64,000 bases of DNA from Squalus acanthias (Eukaryota). The translations under genes and the position numbers were made by a program. The stretch covers positions 372,001 to 436,000 of the forward strand of contig JASTWF010000334.1 of the NCBI GenBank assembly GCA_030390025.1, given 5' to 3'. Below, one piece after another: positions 13,235-25,940 of this stretch. Numbering within the stretch: position 1 is the stretch's first letter; each line of letters begins with the position of its first letter. The notes beneath the pieces are model-generated. The model was not told the origin of the DNA. It searched no databases and was given only the letters and a program-made list of their open reading frames with translations.

Positions 13235-14640
13235 GAATAGAATCTTACAGCACCGAAGGAGGCCATTCGGCCCGTCATGCCTGTGTCAGCTCTTTGAAAG
13301 AGCTGTCCAATGTAGTCCCACACCCTGCTTTTTCCCCATAACTCTGCAAATCAGTCTTCTTCAAGTATATGTCCAATTTTGAAAGTTCCTTATGGAATCC
13401 GATTTCACCACCCTTTCAGGTAATACATTCCAGATCTTAACCCTCTGTGTGAAGAAATTTCTCCTCATTTCCCCTCTCGTTCTTTTGCCAATTATTTTAA
13501 ATCTATGACATTTGATTACCGAACCACTTGCCAGAGGAAATAGTTTCTCCCTAGTTGCTCTATCAAAACCCCTCATAATTTTGAATACCTCTATTAGATC
13601 TCCCCTTAACCTTCTCTGCTTGAAGAAGAACAATCCCAGCTTCTCCAATCTCCCCACATAACTGAACTCCCCCATCCCTGGTAAACCTCCTCTGAACACT
13701 CTCCAGGGCCTCGACATCCTTCCTTAAGTGTGGTGCCCAGAGTTGCCCACAATACTCCAGCTGAGGCCTAACCAGAGATTTGTAAAGGTTTAGCATGACT
13801 TTCTTGTTTTTGTATTCAATGCCCCTATTTACAAAGCCAAATATCCCATTCGCTTTCTTAACTGCCTCATCAACCTGCCCTGCCACCTTCAAGGATTTGT
13901 GAAGATGCATCACCAGATCCCTCTGTTCTTCCACCCCCCTCAAAATAGCACCGTTTAGATTATACTGCCCCTCCACGTTGTTTCACCCAAAGTGCATCAC
14001 TTCACACTTATCCGCATTAAATTGCATCTGCCATGTGTCTGCCCATTTCACCAATCTGTCTATGTCCTCCTGAAATTGCTACTATCATGTTCGCTATTTA
14101 CTATAAGTTTTGTACCATCCGCAGACTTTCAAATTGTACTCCCTATGCAAGTCCTCGGTCTAGAAATTCATCTTGGGCGCAGGCGTAAAACAGGCGGTAT
14201 TGGATCGGCCGCCCGTTATACGCGAAGCCTGATAATCAGTTCCATCGACTGCAACAGAAGTGAATATCAGGCGCGGTGTATAATTGGCGGCCGATCCGAT
14301 ACCGCCTGTTTCGCGCCACCGCCCGAGATGAATTTCTAGGCCCTGGTCATTTATATACAACAAGAAAAGCAATGGTCCTAATACCGATCCCTGGGGGACC
14401 CCACTGCATACTTCTCTCCAGTCAGAAAAACATCGCTGCGGGACCTTATCGAAAGCCTTCTGAAAGTCCAAATACACCACATCCACTGTTTCTCCCTTAT
14501 CTATTCTACCAGTTACATCCTCAAAAAATTCCAGTAGATTAGTCAGGCATGATTTCCTATTTGTAAATCCATGTTGACTTTGTCCGATCCTGTCACTGTT
14601 TTCCAAGGGCTCTGCTATTACATCTTTTATAATGGACTCT
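13235..14640 (-). mobile_element. CR1 3' fragments co-duplicated with the lectin exon. Interrupted by a MITE and by the Harbinger; continues at 18816-19045.
   Basis: ORF2 peptides 13361-13976 and 14160-14606. ataatggactc|tag...tag|cattttgccc restores continuous CR1 sequence. Confidence 0.85.
14157..14342. mobile_element. 186-bp palindromic Harbinger-type MITE
   Basis: TIRs GGTCTAGAAATTCATCT / AGATGAATTTCTAGGCC extend into arms of ~70 bp. 3-bp flanks CTC/CTG. Confidence 0.88.
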
Positions 14641-15140
14641 AGGGGGGAAAAATTCAGTTGGTTGCGCCTCCCGTTAGCGCCTTAAGAGGGCGCTAATGGG
14701 GCGCAAAGCAGCTAGCGCCCGGGCGCAGCGATGTTTGCGCCGCTCGCGAACTTAACTAGACATTTTGCGGCGGCGCTAAACTTTATCGCCGCGATCTCCT
14801 GCGCACGCAGATTGTGACGTCATACGAGAGTGCAACACCCTTGTGGCGCCCCGGAGCAGAATTTCAGTGGCGCCCCCATCCTTACCACCTGGCGCATCCA
14901 ACGACCGGTAGAGTGGAACGCTATCAATCGCTGTGGGGCTGGGGGGGGGTGCTATTTAAAGGGGGCCTCTTCCTCTCTTTCTCTGTGGTTGACATTTTTG
15001 CACCACTCGTTCTGAGAGAGAGAGAGAGATGATTCGGAGAGAGAGAAAGAGAGACTTCTGCATTGAGTCAACGCTGTGTGAGGTAGTTTTGGCTACTCAT
15101 CCTAACTTCGCTGGTACTTTGGTTTCTGGCCTTCATAACT

Positions 15141-16171
15141 TTGCTTGCTAAGAGATATGGGGGCTGCACAGATGGGGGGCGTCGTCCTGCGCCAGCTGAA
15201 TCGAGGAGACAGAGACGCAGAGAGAGAGTGGCAATGATGGCCAGATGGAGGAGGGCCAACAGGCGTCTGTACAGGAGAGCTTACCCTCCCAGGGTATATC
15301 GTGAACAGCTCTCCTACATTCATATGTCTGAGGAGCAGTGTCTGCGAAGGCTGCGCTTCAGCAAGGAGGTGGTCACTGAGCTCTGCCACCTGCTGCAGCC
15401 AGATCTGCAGCCTCTACTGAGGACCAGGACATCTCTGTCAGTGGCAGTGAAGGTCACAGTGGCTCTGAACTTTTATGCTACTGGCTCATTTCAATCTGCT
15501 GTTGGGGACATCGCCAATATCTCCCAGTTCGCGGTGCATTGCTGCATCCGGAAGGTCACAAATGCCCTCTTTAAAAGGAGATGAGAGTTCATCTCTTTCC
15601 CCATGACCCCAGACAAGCTGCAAGAACGCACTCTGGGCTTTGCGAGGATAGCGGACTTCCCCATGGTGCAGGGCGCCATTGACTGCACGCATGTGGCTTT
15701 GCGTGCTCCGCATGAGAATGCAGAGGATTTCCGGAACAGAAAGGGGTTCCATTCCTTGAATGTTCAGTTGGTCTGTGACTTGCTGTCAATGCCCACTATC
15801 CTGGCAGCTGCCACGATGCTTTCATCCTGCGCCAGACTACTGTGGCAGAACTTTTCGAGGCACCGCATCAGCCAGTTGGTTGGCTTCTCGGGGACAAGGG
15901 GTATCCACTGAGCACCTGGCTGATGACACCTGCTCCGTACGCCCAACACCCCTGCTGAGCTGCGGTACAACGAGAGCCATCAAGCTACCAGGAACATCGT
16001 GGAGCACACAATCGGCGTGCTCAAGCAACGGTTCCGCTGTCTCGACCATTCTGGATGAGCCCTGCAGTACTCGCCTGAGCGAGTTTCCAACATCGTAGTT
16101 GTGTGCTGCATGCTGCATAACATGGCAATCCTCAGGACCCAGCCAATGCCACCAGGCCTTGGAGCACCACC

Positions 16172-16202
<31 letters not shown>

Positions 16203-16301
16203 GAGGAGGATAATCAGCAGCAGCACCAAGGCGTGAGGACAGCCCACAATGGTGAAACTGCAAGGGCCGTCCGTCAGCGGCTGATAGCAAGCCGCTTCTA
16301 G
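15141..16301 (+). pseudogene. Harbinger (HARBI1-like) DDE transposase, disrupted
   Basis: Motifs [71 protein letters not shown]. Stops at 15582 and ~16057, deletion/frameshift at ~15780, frameshift at ~15932. Start codon uncertain. Confidence 0.93.
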
Positions 16302-16612
16302 GCCCCTGCTGTGGAAATGGCTTCTGCCATTGAGAACAGCATGAATGAACCCAACACGCAACCCCTAAGCCGGCCAAGGCACCAATGATTCCAAACCCCA
16401 AACATGTATATTTTGAGTACCAAAACTTATTTATTTTACAAACTCTGTGTGTGTCATTTCTTCATGACAAACTCATACAAATAAACACAAAAAAACAGTC
16501 ATTACCATAACTGGTTCTCACAACCTGGAGATCATGTGCAAAACACTCAACAAAAGTTTGACCTCGAACCTCGGCCTTTAATAAAAAAATGACCAGCATT
16601 TTGTCACACCTC

Positions 16613-18456
16613 CTACATCGAGGGTGAACTCCTTCCCGTGTGCCCTTCCCCGCTTCTTACCCTACTGCTCCTCCGCAATGGGACCTCAGTGGCTGCAGCA
16701 AGGCTGGTGGAAGGCTGCTGACTGTCAGGCCCTGACAATGCAGATGCCCTTGAGGGACGGCCTCGACCAGTTCTGGGCCTGGAGGGCCCGGCTGCAGACT
16801 GCACCAACTCTGCATGGGCGGCAGCAGTCTGTCCTACAGGCGGTGGCAACTGCAGTGGAGAAGTGACAGTGGTGGCAGCAGGAATGCTGTCATCTTGAGC
16901 GAGGACAGCAACTCCCTGCTCGACCGGCACACTGGCACTCCCACGGGGCAGCACCTCAGCATCCGGAGCAATCTGCTGGAGCACAGATTGCTGGCCTGCT
17001 GCGGCGCGGTGAGAGCCCCGGGGAAATGTGAACGAACCAGCGAGGATGGCAGCAGACAGTGCTCGCGTGGCCTCAATCTGAGTCTGCATGAGAGCAGTCT
17101 GAGATTGAATTGCAGCACTGAGCTTCAGTGTCGCATCCGCCTGCGCTGCAGCGAAGTGCTCCACACTACTTGCCAGTGCTTCAATGCATTCGGGCACCCT
17201 ACCCACTGCAGCCATGAGCTCAGTGTGCATGCCCACCGCCTGGGTGTTCATTTCCGCGATCAGCCGCTCCTCCTCTGCGTCCAGTGCAGCAGGACTCGCT
17301 GGCATACTCTCCCTCTGGGGAGAAGGTCCCCGAGCTTCCCTACCCCCATCGCGTTGCTGCAGCTCGCTGGGTCCTGGAGCTTCACCCTCATCAGACCCTT
17401 CCCCCCTGCTCCCCTCCAGGGAAGGCGTGTTCCCAGTGTCGGCATGGGCTTCCTCGGGAGAGGGTGGCACTGATGCTCCGGCTTCCTCTTCCTCCTCGGC
17501 TGCAGCTTCACTCCCACTGGCAGCTTCAGGGCCCGTCTCCTCAGCTGGTGAATCACCAGCTGAAAGCAGGGAGGTACAAGAGTGGCTTTAGCGTGAGGAC
17601 AGGGTGGCAGTAAGGGAGGAATAAGTGCAGCGAGTTAGTAAGTTGGATTGAAAGTGTCAAAGGCTGGTGTTGTGAGGGACAAGTGGAAGGACAGAGGACA
17701 AAAAGGTGATGACCTTACCATTGCTGTCCAGAACGGGGTCGGCGTCTCCAGTGGCGACGGGACCGATCACCCGGCTTGCCACAATCCTGTGGACGCGCTC
17801 CTCAAGATCGCTGAGGGGTTGCAGCTGAGGCCGCCCTCCACCTGTCCGTTGCTGCTGTCTCCTATTATGCGCCAGCTTGGCTTGCAAGAAAAAGGACGGC
17901 GTCTGAGTAAACATACAGCCATGGTCTTGCCTGATGTGCCTCCCATAGGTGAATAGCCCTTACTGTATACAGCCATGGTCTTGCCTGATGTGCCTCCCAT
18001 AGGTGAATAGCCCTTACTGTATACAGCCATGGTCTTGCCTGATGTGCCTCCCATAGGTGAATAGCCCTTACTGTATGCAAAGTATGGAATGTGTGTGTGT
18101 GCTTCATGAAAGGGCCATAGGTGTTGGATGAGTGTTGTTAATTGTGGTTTTAAGACCCTCTGGCCATAGAGTGAGGTTGAGATGGAGGGATGGAGAGGTA
18201 TTGCAAAAAAGCCACTCACCCTGACGACCCGAGTGAGGTCGTTGAACTTTTTCCGGCATTGGACATGGGTCCTGGGCACCATGCTCCTGGAGGAGACGCG
18301 CTGAGCCACCTCCCTCCACACTCTTCTGTAGTCGCGCGGCAAAGGCCTCCTGCCACTCTCTGGGTACAGTATTGCTCTTCGGCGCTCCACCGCGCCAACC
18401 AGAGCATCCAAGGCCCGCTCGATGAAGTGCTCAGCTTGTTCTCTCACCCTCTCCAT
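16613..18456 (-). CDS. Harbinger Myb/SANT-like DNA-binding protein, 3 exons (18456-18220, 17881-17719, 17559-16613; ~448 aa)
   Basis: Exon 1 F....L..LV..V...W.EVA.....QCRKKFNDL|gtgagt. Exon 2 AHNRRQQQRTGGG..|gtaag. Exon 3 follows ctttcag| in frame to TAG. The exon-2 acceptor reads ttgcaa rather than ttgcag, so it may be inactive. Confidence 0.8.
17914..18075. repeat. 54-bp unit tandemly triplicated in intron 1 of the Myb gene
   Basis: TACAGCCATGGTCTTGCCTGATGTGCCTCCCATAGGTGAATAGCCCTTACTGTA x3. Confidence 0.95.
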
Positions 18457-19496
18457 CCTTGGCTGGAAAATGGATTCACAGGTCTCTCCAGGCCGAGATT
18501 CAAGGCTGCAATGAGCAGGGTGTGGCTGGGGAGCAAGATCGCCCCCCCCCCTTTAAGAACTGGCCGGCGCCAGTGTGTCTGTGTTCCCTCGCTAACTGGC
18601 AGCACCTGCGCTGCGCTCGCGCTCTGAGTTAGCGCCTCACTCCTCGGCCTTTGCACCTTAAGACAGGTGTGCAGCGCCTGATTTAGCGCTCCAATCACCT
18701 CCCGGGGCGTTAAAAGTGAAGTTTCCAGTCAGTGGCGATAATTAGCGCCATGTGCTAATTTTTGCGCCCGGACGATATTTGCGCCCCAAACGGGGCGCGA
18801 CTGAATTTTTCCCCCTAGCATTTTGCCCACTACCGATGTCAGGCTTACCGGTCTATAATTCCCCATTTTTTCTCTACCACCTTTTTTAAATAGTGGGGTT
18901 ATATTCGCTACCCTCCAATCCATGGGAACTGTTCCAGAGTCTATAGAATTTTGAAAGATGACCAGCAATGCATCTACTATTTCTAGGGCCACTTCCTTAA
19001 GTACCCTAGGATGTAGATTATCAGGCCCTGGGGATTTATCAGCCTTGTGCATTGTGCATTCCCCTAATGCCTTTCTGTCATGTGCCTGTGCCTGTCCTAG
19101 TGCTCCTACGAAGTACTACCCCAGTGGCTGCAGCATGGCTGGTGGAAGGCTGCTGACTTTCAATGGCAAGACTGCACATGGCCTTGCAGGACGCCCTTGA
19201 GCAGCTCTGGGCGTAGAAGGCCCGGCTGTAGACTGCAACACCTTGGCATGGGCGGCAGCAGTTTGGGCTGGCTGGCTGACAGGCAACAGCAAGGGCACTG
19301 GTGGAGTGGCAGTGGTGGAAGTATGAATGCTGTCATCCTGAGAGAGGACAGCAGGTTCGTGCTCCACGGATCCACTGCCACTCCCCCTCTCCAAAGCCTT
19401 CACGTCCTTCCTAAAGTGTGGTGCCCAGAATTGGACACAGTACTCCAGCTGGAGCCGAATTAGGTTTAGCATAACTTCCTGGCTTTTGTACTCTAT

Positions 19497-22400
19497 GGGC
19501 TCGATTTTACCAGGCCTGAGGAGATAGGTTTGGAGGCGTGTGAGTTGTCAAAATCGCAAAAAATGGCGGGTGGGTCCGATCCCGCCTCTCAGCAATTTTC
19601 CCACATTCGTGGTTTCAGACCCCGTTTCCATCCCGCCTCCATTTTGAGAGGCCTTTCTGATTTTAACACATTTTCCCCGTACTGCACGTCTCCTCTGGAA
19701 CACGCCAGTTAATCCTGGCGGCCTCACAAGTGGATTGCTTACTAACAGCTGCAGCTCCACCATTAAAAAGGAGTTTTCACCAATGATTACTTGCAGGTGG
19801 CAGAACTTTGTTGTCTAAGGTCTGGGGGAACTTTTAGCAGGCCTACTCATTGTTGTGGAAGTTTGGAGCCTGACACCCATCTCCAGTGTGACCTCCTGGG
19901 AAACCCCTCTCCCCACCTTGACTGAGCGCTTCCTCAACTGAGGTATATACCAGAAGCATGGGAACCATTTATTTGCTTTCCTCCTGGACATCAGATTTGG
20001 ACGAAGACCAGCCGTGGCAGCAGCAGAACCCTGAACAACAGCAGCACCAACAGCAGGAGCAACAACAGGAGAGCCAAGCTGCTGCTCATCCACCTGAAGC
20101 TGCACAGGCCAGAAGGCGCCAGCGCGCGACCACATTGCTGCCCGAGATGCAAGGGATGCACTCATGTTGGCCAGATTTGCTTAGCCTGCACAGTCAAACA
20201 CTTTTGCCTCACACCTTCTTACCAGAGCATCGACAATGGACAAGAACCTACGGATTCCTGTCACTCTGACCACCATACTGACAATTGCAAGTCGCCCTAA
20301 GCCCTCAATGTGGAAGTCCCATTTGCGAAATGACACAGGCCACAACTTCAACAGTTTGCTATCAAATCTGTTTATCATCACAATTCAAGGATGGCTTGTC
20401 AAAAATCAATACAACAGAACACCCGAGTGACTACCCTTGTGACTACTTGTGCTTTATCTTCCTCTTATGTGTGCTCCTACGTGGTGCTTCCCCTGTGGCT
20501 TCAGCAGATGTGGAGGCCCCTTGCTCACTTTCTTGCTGCTCCTGTCTCAACACCTTTGGCGGCCGTCCTCTGGGGTTGCAAACCTGTGAGGGTTCGGCAG
20601 TCTGCTGCTCCTGTGGCTGTGCAGGGGCTGAGATGCCCATCTCAGTTGGGTGAGGACTCTGACCGAGGACTTTGCAGTGGCATGGTCATGTGAGCGCTTG
20701 GAGAGGAGCCCCCACTTCCTTGTTGTCTGCCACCAACAACCCTCTCATGGGTCAGCCACACTTCAGAGCTAGCAAGTGGCTTGACTGCACCTTGCTGCAC
20801 TTCAGGGGGGCCATGAGGACCCGTTTCTGCACTGGAAGTCCTACTCCAGAGGACTTCCATGAAGGTCTGGTTTATCTGCTCAATAGCTGACTATCGCTCC
20901 TCAAGAGAAGTCAGTCTATTCTAAACAATGACCATGTTTTCAATACCCTGGCGGCTAAGCTACTCCATGGCCGTAGCCATCCCTTCCTTTACCATAGCCA
21001 TCCTCTCCTCTACGGTAGCCAGCCTTACCACGGAGGTAGTCATCCTTTCCAGGGAGGTTGCCATCCTTTCCATGGTGATGCGTTCATGTGCCAACACCTC
21101 CACAAAGGCTCTGCTCATGTTAGCGATGGACTCCTCCATTCGCTCCACACTCGCAGTGATCCTGGAGACAAAACCTGCCAGAGACTCCTGCACCTGTTGC
21201 TGGAGTTCCAGCATCGCTCTCCTTCTGGATGGACCCGGAGGCACAGGGTCGACATGCAGCTGAGCCAAGCTGGCAGAGTCCTGCGCCCTCCGACGAGGAC
21301 TCTCCACTGCTGTCCCTGTCTCCACCATCTGCTGATGTTTACTTGTGATCTGTGATACACCAGGTGACAACACTACTCTATCTCGCGAAGGTCCCACCGA
21401 TGTGTGAGTGTCTGCGCTGGTGGTGGGTGCGCTGAATTCTGCTGACGCTGCACCCTCAGAGGCTGCAGCTTCCTCTGAGGAGTCTTGAGGCTCAGGCTGT
21501 TCCTCCTGCACAGTGGGGAACGGGGGCTCTCGATGGTCCTGTGGGGGAGTAAAGGAAAGAGTTAGAGATATGAGGTAAAGGTTACATGCACATTGAATTG
21601 TGCAGATGATCATAAGTCAATCTGTTAGAGCATCCGAATCATTATCAGTCTCTCATGCAATGTCAATGACAGAGATGTAAAACTATTCTGTCACCAGCTT
21701 GCTCTGATGCGCCCGTCTGTCCGTCCCCCACTTGCGAATCGTCCTCCACTCCGGCGATCTCCAGGGTCGCCTCCTCCGAATTGGTGAGCTGGGCTACTGA
21801 GGGTGGCCCTCCTCCTGTCCTTGCTCTTTCCCTCTTATTGTGCGCTCTCTTTTCCTGCAATGAGGGACTCAAGTGGAGTTTGAGTGAGAATGAAGGAGTG
21901 AGTGTAGAGAATCTATAGCATAGATGCTTAGAAGGAGACAAAGGGCCCTCCCTGTGTGTTGTAAGTTGTTGTCATTGCATCACAGTGATAGGGAGTGTGA
22001 GGGCTGCATGGTCGAATAGTTAAGTGAATGTGACCATCGAGAGAGAGGGAATGGGTAAGGGTGCAGGGATGTAAGGGTTAAGTGGGATGTGGAGGAAGAG
22101 GTTGGCAAAGCAGAGTGCTGGTGATGAGAGGCAATGGGGATCAGATTGAGGGTGATGGGAATGTCATACTCACTTTTCCTGTGTGGAGAAGGTCATGAAA
22201 CCTCTTCCTGCACTGCAGCCAGGTTCTGCTGCACATAGAAATTGCGTTTACCTCTTGGGCCACTTGCAGCCACACAGCTTTAGTCTGCTGGGGAGGCTTT
22301 TTCCTCCCTGAGGAAGGGAAGAGCACCTCCTTATTTACTCTTGCTCCCTCCACCAGAGCTTGGAGGGAGGCCTCATCGAATCTTGGAGCACACTTTGGTC

Positions 22401-22683
22401 TACTGGTTGACACAATTGCTGAAGGAAGCACTCAGAACAATGGACATAAAGTTTAAAGGCTGAAAAAGAAGCAAGGCTGATTGCAGGCCTTAAATCCAGC
22501 AGCATTGATGACATCATCGGAGGCGACTTTCTGTATGAAAAGACTCATTGGGCCAGGGGTTCCCATATGCTGGAAATCAAGTGCCCAATTAGGGGAAAAT
22601 CGTACTTTTGTCCCACTTCACATCAGAGTCGGGATCCTGACACGACGACCACCTGACACGCCCCCAATGGCAAAATCGAGCCC
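19497..22683. mobile_element. Harbinger internal-deletion derivative (3187 bp). Myb/SANT gene remnant on - (exons ~22415-22174, 21854-21695, 21538-~20443); transposase mostly deleted.
   Basis: TIR GGGCTCGATTTT(A/G)CCA and TSD TAT inside a CR1. Peptides APRFDEASLQALVEG..WLQVA..WLQCRKRFHDL and EKRAHNKRERARTGGG. Confidence 0.92.
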
Positions 22684-25600
22684 TATGCCTCTATTGATAA
22701 AGCCCAGGATCCCATATGCTTTATTAACTGCTTTGTTAACCTGTCCTACCACCTTCAAAGATTGTGCACAAGCACCCCCAGGTCTCTCTGTTCTTGCACC
22801 CCCTTTAAAATTGCACCATTTAGTGTGTATGGTCTCTCCTCATTCTTCATAACAAAATGTATCACCTCACACTTCTCTGCATTGAATTTCATCTGCCACA
22901 TGTCTGCCCATTCCACCAGCCTGTCTATGTCTTCTTGAAGACTTTTACTATCTTCACCATTTACTACACTTCCAAGTTTCATGTAATCTACAAATTTCAA
23001 AATTGTGCCCTGTACCTCCAAATCCAAGCCATTAATGTATATCAAAAACAGCAGCAGTCCTAATACTGAACCTTGAGGAACGTCAATGTATACCTCCCTC
23101 CAGTCCGAAATACAGCCACTCAGAACAACTCTCTGTTTTCTATCCCTAAGCCAATTTTGTAGCTATGCTGCTACTGCCCCTTTTATACCATGGGCTTCGA
23201 TTTTGCTAACAAGCCTAATATGTGGTACTTTATCAAATGCCTTTTGAAAGTCTATATATACAACTGCCCTCATCTACCCTCTCTGTTACCTCATCAAAAG
23301 ATTTGCCCTTAACAAATCCGTGCTGGCTCTCCTTTATTAGCCCATGCTTGTCCAAGTGGCTGTTAATTTTCTCCCGGATTATTGTTTCTAAAAACTTCCC
23401 CACCATCGACGTTAAACTGACTGGCCTGTAATTGCCAGGTTTATCTTTCTCCGCCTTTTTGGACAAGGTATAACATTTACAATCCTCCAGTCCTTTGGCA
23501 CCACCCTTTATCTAAAGAGGATTGGAAGATTGTGGCCGGCACCTCTGCAATTTATACCCTTACTTCCCTCAGTAACTTAGAAGGCATCGCATCTGGTCTG
23601 GGTGACTTAACCACTTTAATTACTGCCAGCTTGTCTAGTACCTCCTCTTTATCTATTTTTATCTCATCCAGTATTCCAGCAACCTCCTCGTTTAGCTTTG
23701 GCAAAGTCCTCTTCCTTGGCAAACACCGATGGAAAGTACTCATTTAGTACCTCCGCCATGCCTTCTGCCTCCACCAACAGTTCTCAATTTAGGTCCCTAA
23801 TTGGCCCCGCAACTCCTCTGACAACCCTTTTACTGTTAACACAAAAGCAAAATACTGCAGATGCTGGAAATCTGAAATAAAAACATAAAATGCTGGAAAT
23901 ACTCAGCAGGTGAGGGAGCATCTGTGGAGAGAGAAACAGAGTTAACATTTCAGGTCAATGAGAAAGGCCATTGACCTGAAACGTTAACCCTTTTACTGTT
24001 AATATGCCTATGGAAGACTTTTGGATTCCCTTTTCTGTCTGTTAACCAATCCTCAATCCATGCTAATATATTGTGAAGGAATAAGCCATATTCAGAAAAA
24101 TACACCATTCTATGAAAATAATTCTGGCCTTTGTAACATGACAAACTCGGCTTGAAAATCTAAAAGCCTCAACAATGGAAAAGCTGTAAACCCCATACAG
24201 GCTATTGAGATAAGATAAGTTGTTGACACTGAATCAATAGCGTTGTTGAAACAGAAGCTTGGAGGCTCCTGACATCTGAGTCTTTGGAAAAAAGACAATG
24301 GTACACCCAGTTAAGATGTTTTAAAGTACACTTTGTAAACAAACACAGAAAATTAAGGAACATATGCCTTCATGGGAATGGCATCAAGTGGGGGAGACAC
24401 CAGCCGTCACATTGTTTTTGTGTTGAACTTGGAACACCTAGGAGACACGATTCTGTGTTGCAACCAGCTGAGGTGACTTAAGAATTGCATAGAAGACCTT
24501 GGTAAGAATGACATCAAATAGATGCACCTGCTGGTCACATCGTTTTTATGAAAATCTTCGAACACCTAGGGTAGCGACATCAGTCTGCAATGCTACCAGC
24601 TGAGGTGACTGTAAGAATAGCTGGGGTCAACAGAAAAATGACTAGAGATAATTAGATTACATCAGCAGAAAACTTCAAAGGAAATACCACTGGAAAAGGG
24701 TATAAAAATTGGACTTTCAAATGGCATGATAGATTCGCTGTAAAGAGGCAAAGTGATTTTTGGCTTCAGAGCTAGCTTTGTAAGTCTACAACTCTTTGTA
24801 TCTCGGGGATCAAGTTAATGTATTTGATTTTGGTGGATATCCTGGAATAAACTAAGAACTGTAAAACTAGCGAAGTTAAGATTTGAGAATAAGGATCGCT
24901 GATAATAGAATTGTAAGATTTTAGTGTTTGGAACTATTAATGTTGCGATTGAAACACTTACTGTAATTATATGTCGGTTCTTTAATAAATCTATATATTT
25001 TTAGAATTGTCTCACATAATACTTCTGTATCAAACTCGCAAACTCAATCTCTATACACTCTTTGGTGAGGAGTTGCAGAATTCTGAGGGAGTTTTCCGGA
25101 CCCTCATAATATCCGGAAGGTTACAGTCTAGCTAAACTTATTAAAAGTGCTATCTGGAGGACGGTAACATCTTCAGGTTGTTCCTTTCCTTTAGGGAGAG
25201 ATAGTCTGGACCTTTAGACCCAATTAGGGGTCTTTAGGATTCGGCTACCTCAAACTTTAGTTGAAGGTGAACGTCTGGGGAATATGCCTGATCCGGGGTA
25301 GCCGTAAAGGGGCTAGGACTAGTAATTATCCTTTCAATATTACCCCCAATCCCATGAGCCCTAATCTTGTGTAACAGCGATTGTGTGGCACCTTATCGAA
25401 GGCCTTTTGAAAATCCAAATATACTACATCCATTGGTTTCCCCTTAGCTACCCTGCTAGTTACACCCTCAAAAACCTTATCAATAGATTTGTCAAACACG
25501 ATTTCCCTTTCATAAAACTGTATAGACTCTGCCTAATCATATTATGATTTTCTACATGCCCTGTTATCACGTCCCTAATAATAAATTCTAGCATTTTCCT

Positions 25601-25940
25601 GAATGCTGATGTCAGACTAACTAGCCTATAGGTCCCCGTTTTCTCTCTCCCTCCTTTCTTGAATAGCTGGGTTACATTAGTTACCTTGCAATCCACTAGA
25701 CTGTACTAGAATCTAGGGATGAGGAGAATTTATTTTACGCTGAGAGTTGTTGTGAAAGGATGGTGGAAGCACATTGAACAGTAACATTCAAAGGGAATTG
25801 GAGAAATACTTGAAGGGGGAAAAATTGCAGGACTCTGGAGAAAGAGCTGGTGAGTGGGACTAATTGGAGAACTAATTCAATGAGCCGGCACAGGCACAAT
25901 GGGCCGAATGGCTTCCTGCTGTACGGTATGATTCTAATGA
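22684..25940 (-). mobile_element. Degenerate CR1 fragments (- 19385-19496, 22684-24071, 25337-25720; + 3' end ~25720-25940) hosting a solo LTR
   Basis: ORF2 peptides NYRPVSLTS, SQHGFVKGKS, KFNAEKCEVIHF. Confidence 0.8.
24072..25336 (+). mobile_element. Solo LTR, family X (1265 bp)
   Basis: TG...CA ends, 4-bp TSD ATAT within CR1, TATA-like gtataaaaa at ~24700, AATAAA at ~24984. Confidence 0.88.

Larger units (their letters stand above)
14643..18815. mobile_element. Full-length (4173 bp) PIF/Harbinger transposon with convergent transposase and Myb/SANT genes
   Basis: Perfect 16-bp TIR GGGGGAAAAATTCAGT and TSD TAG (14640-14642, 18816-18818). Both genes are recognisable. Confidence 0.96.

Noticed and set aside
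15141..16301. Host HARBI1 gene
   Set aside because: Enclosed by TIRs and a TSD, paired with a Myb gene, and disrupted by stops and frameshifts.
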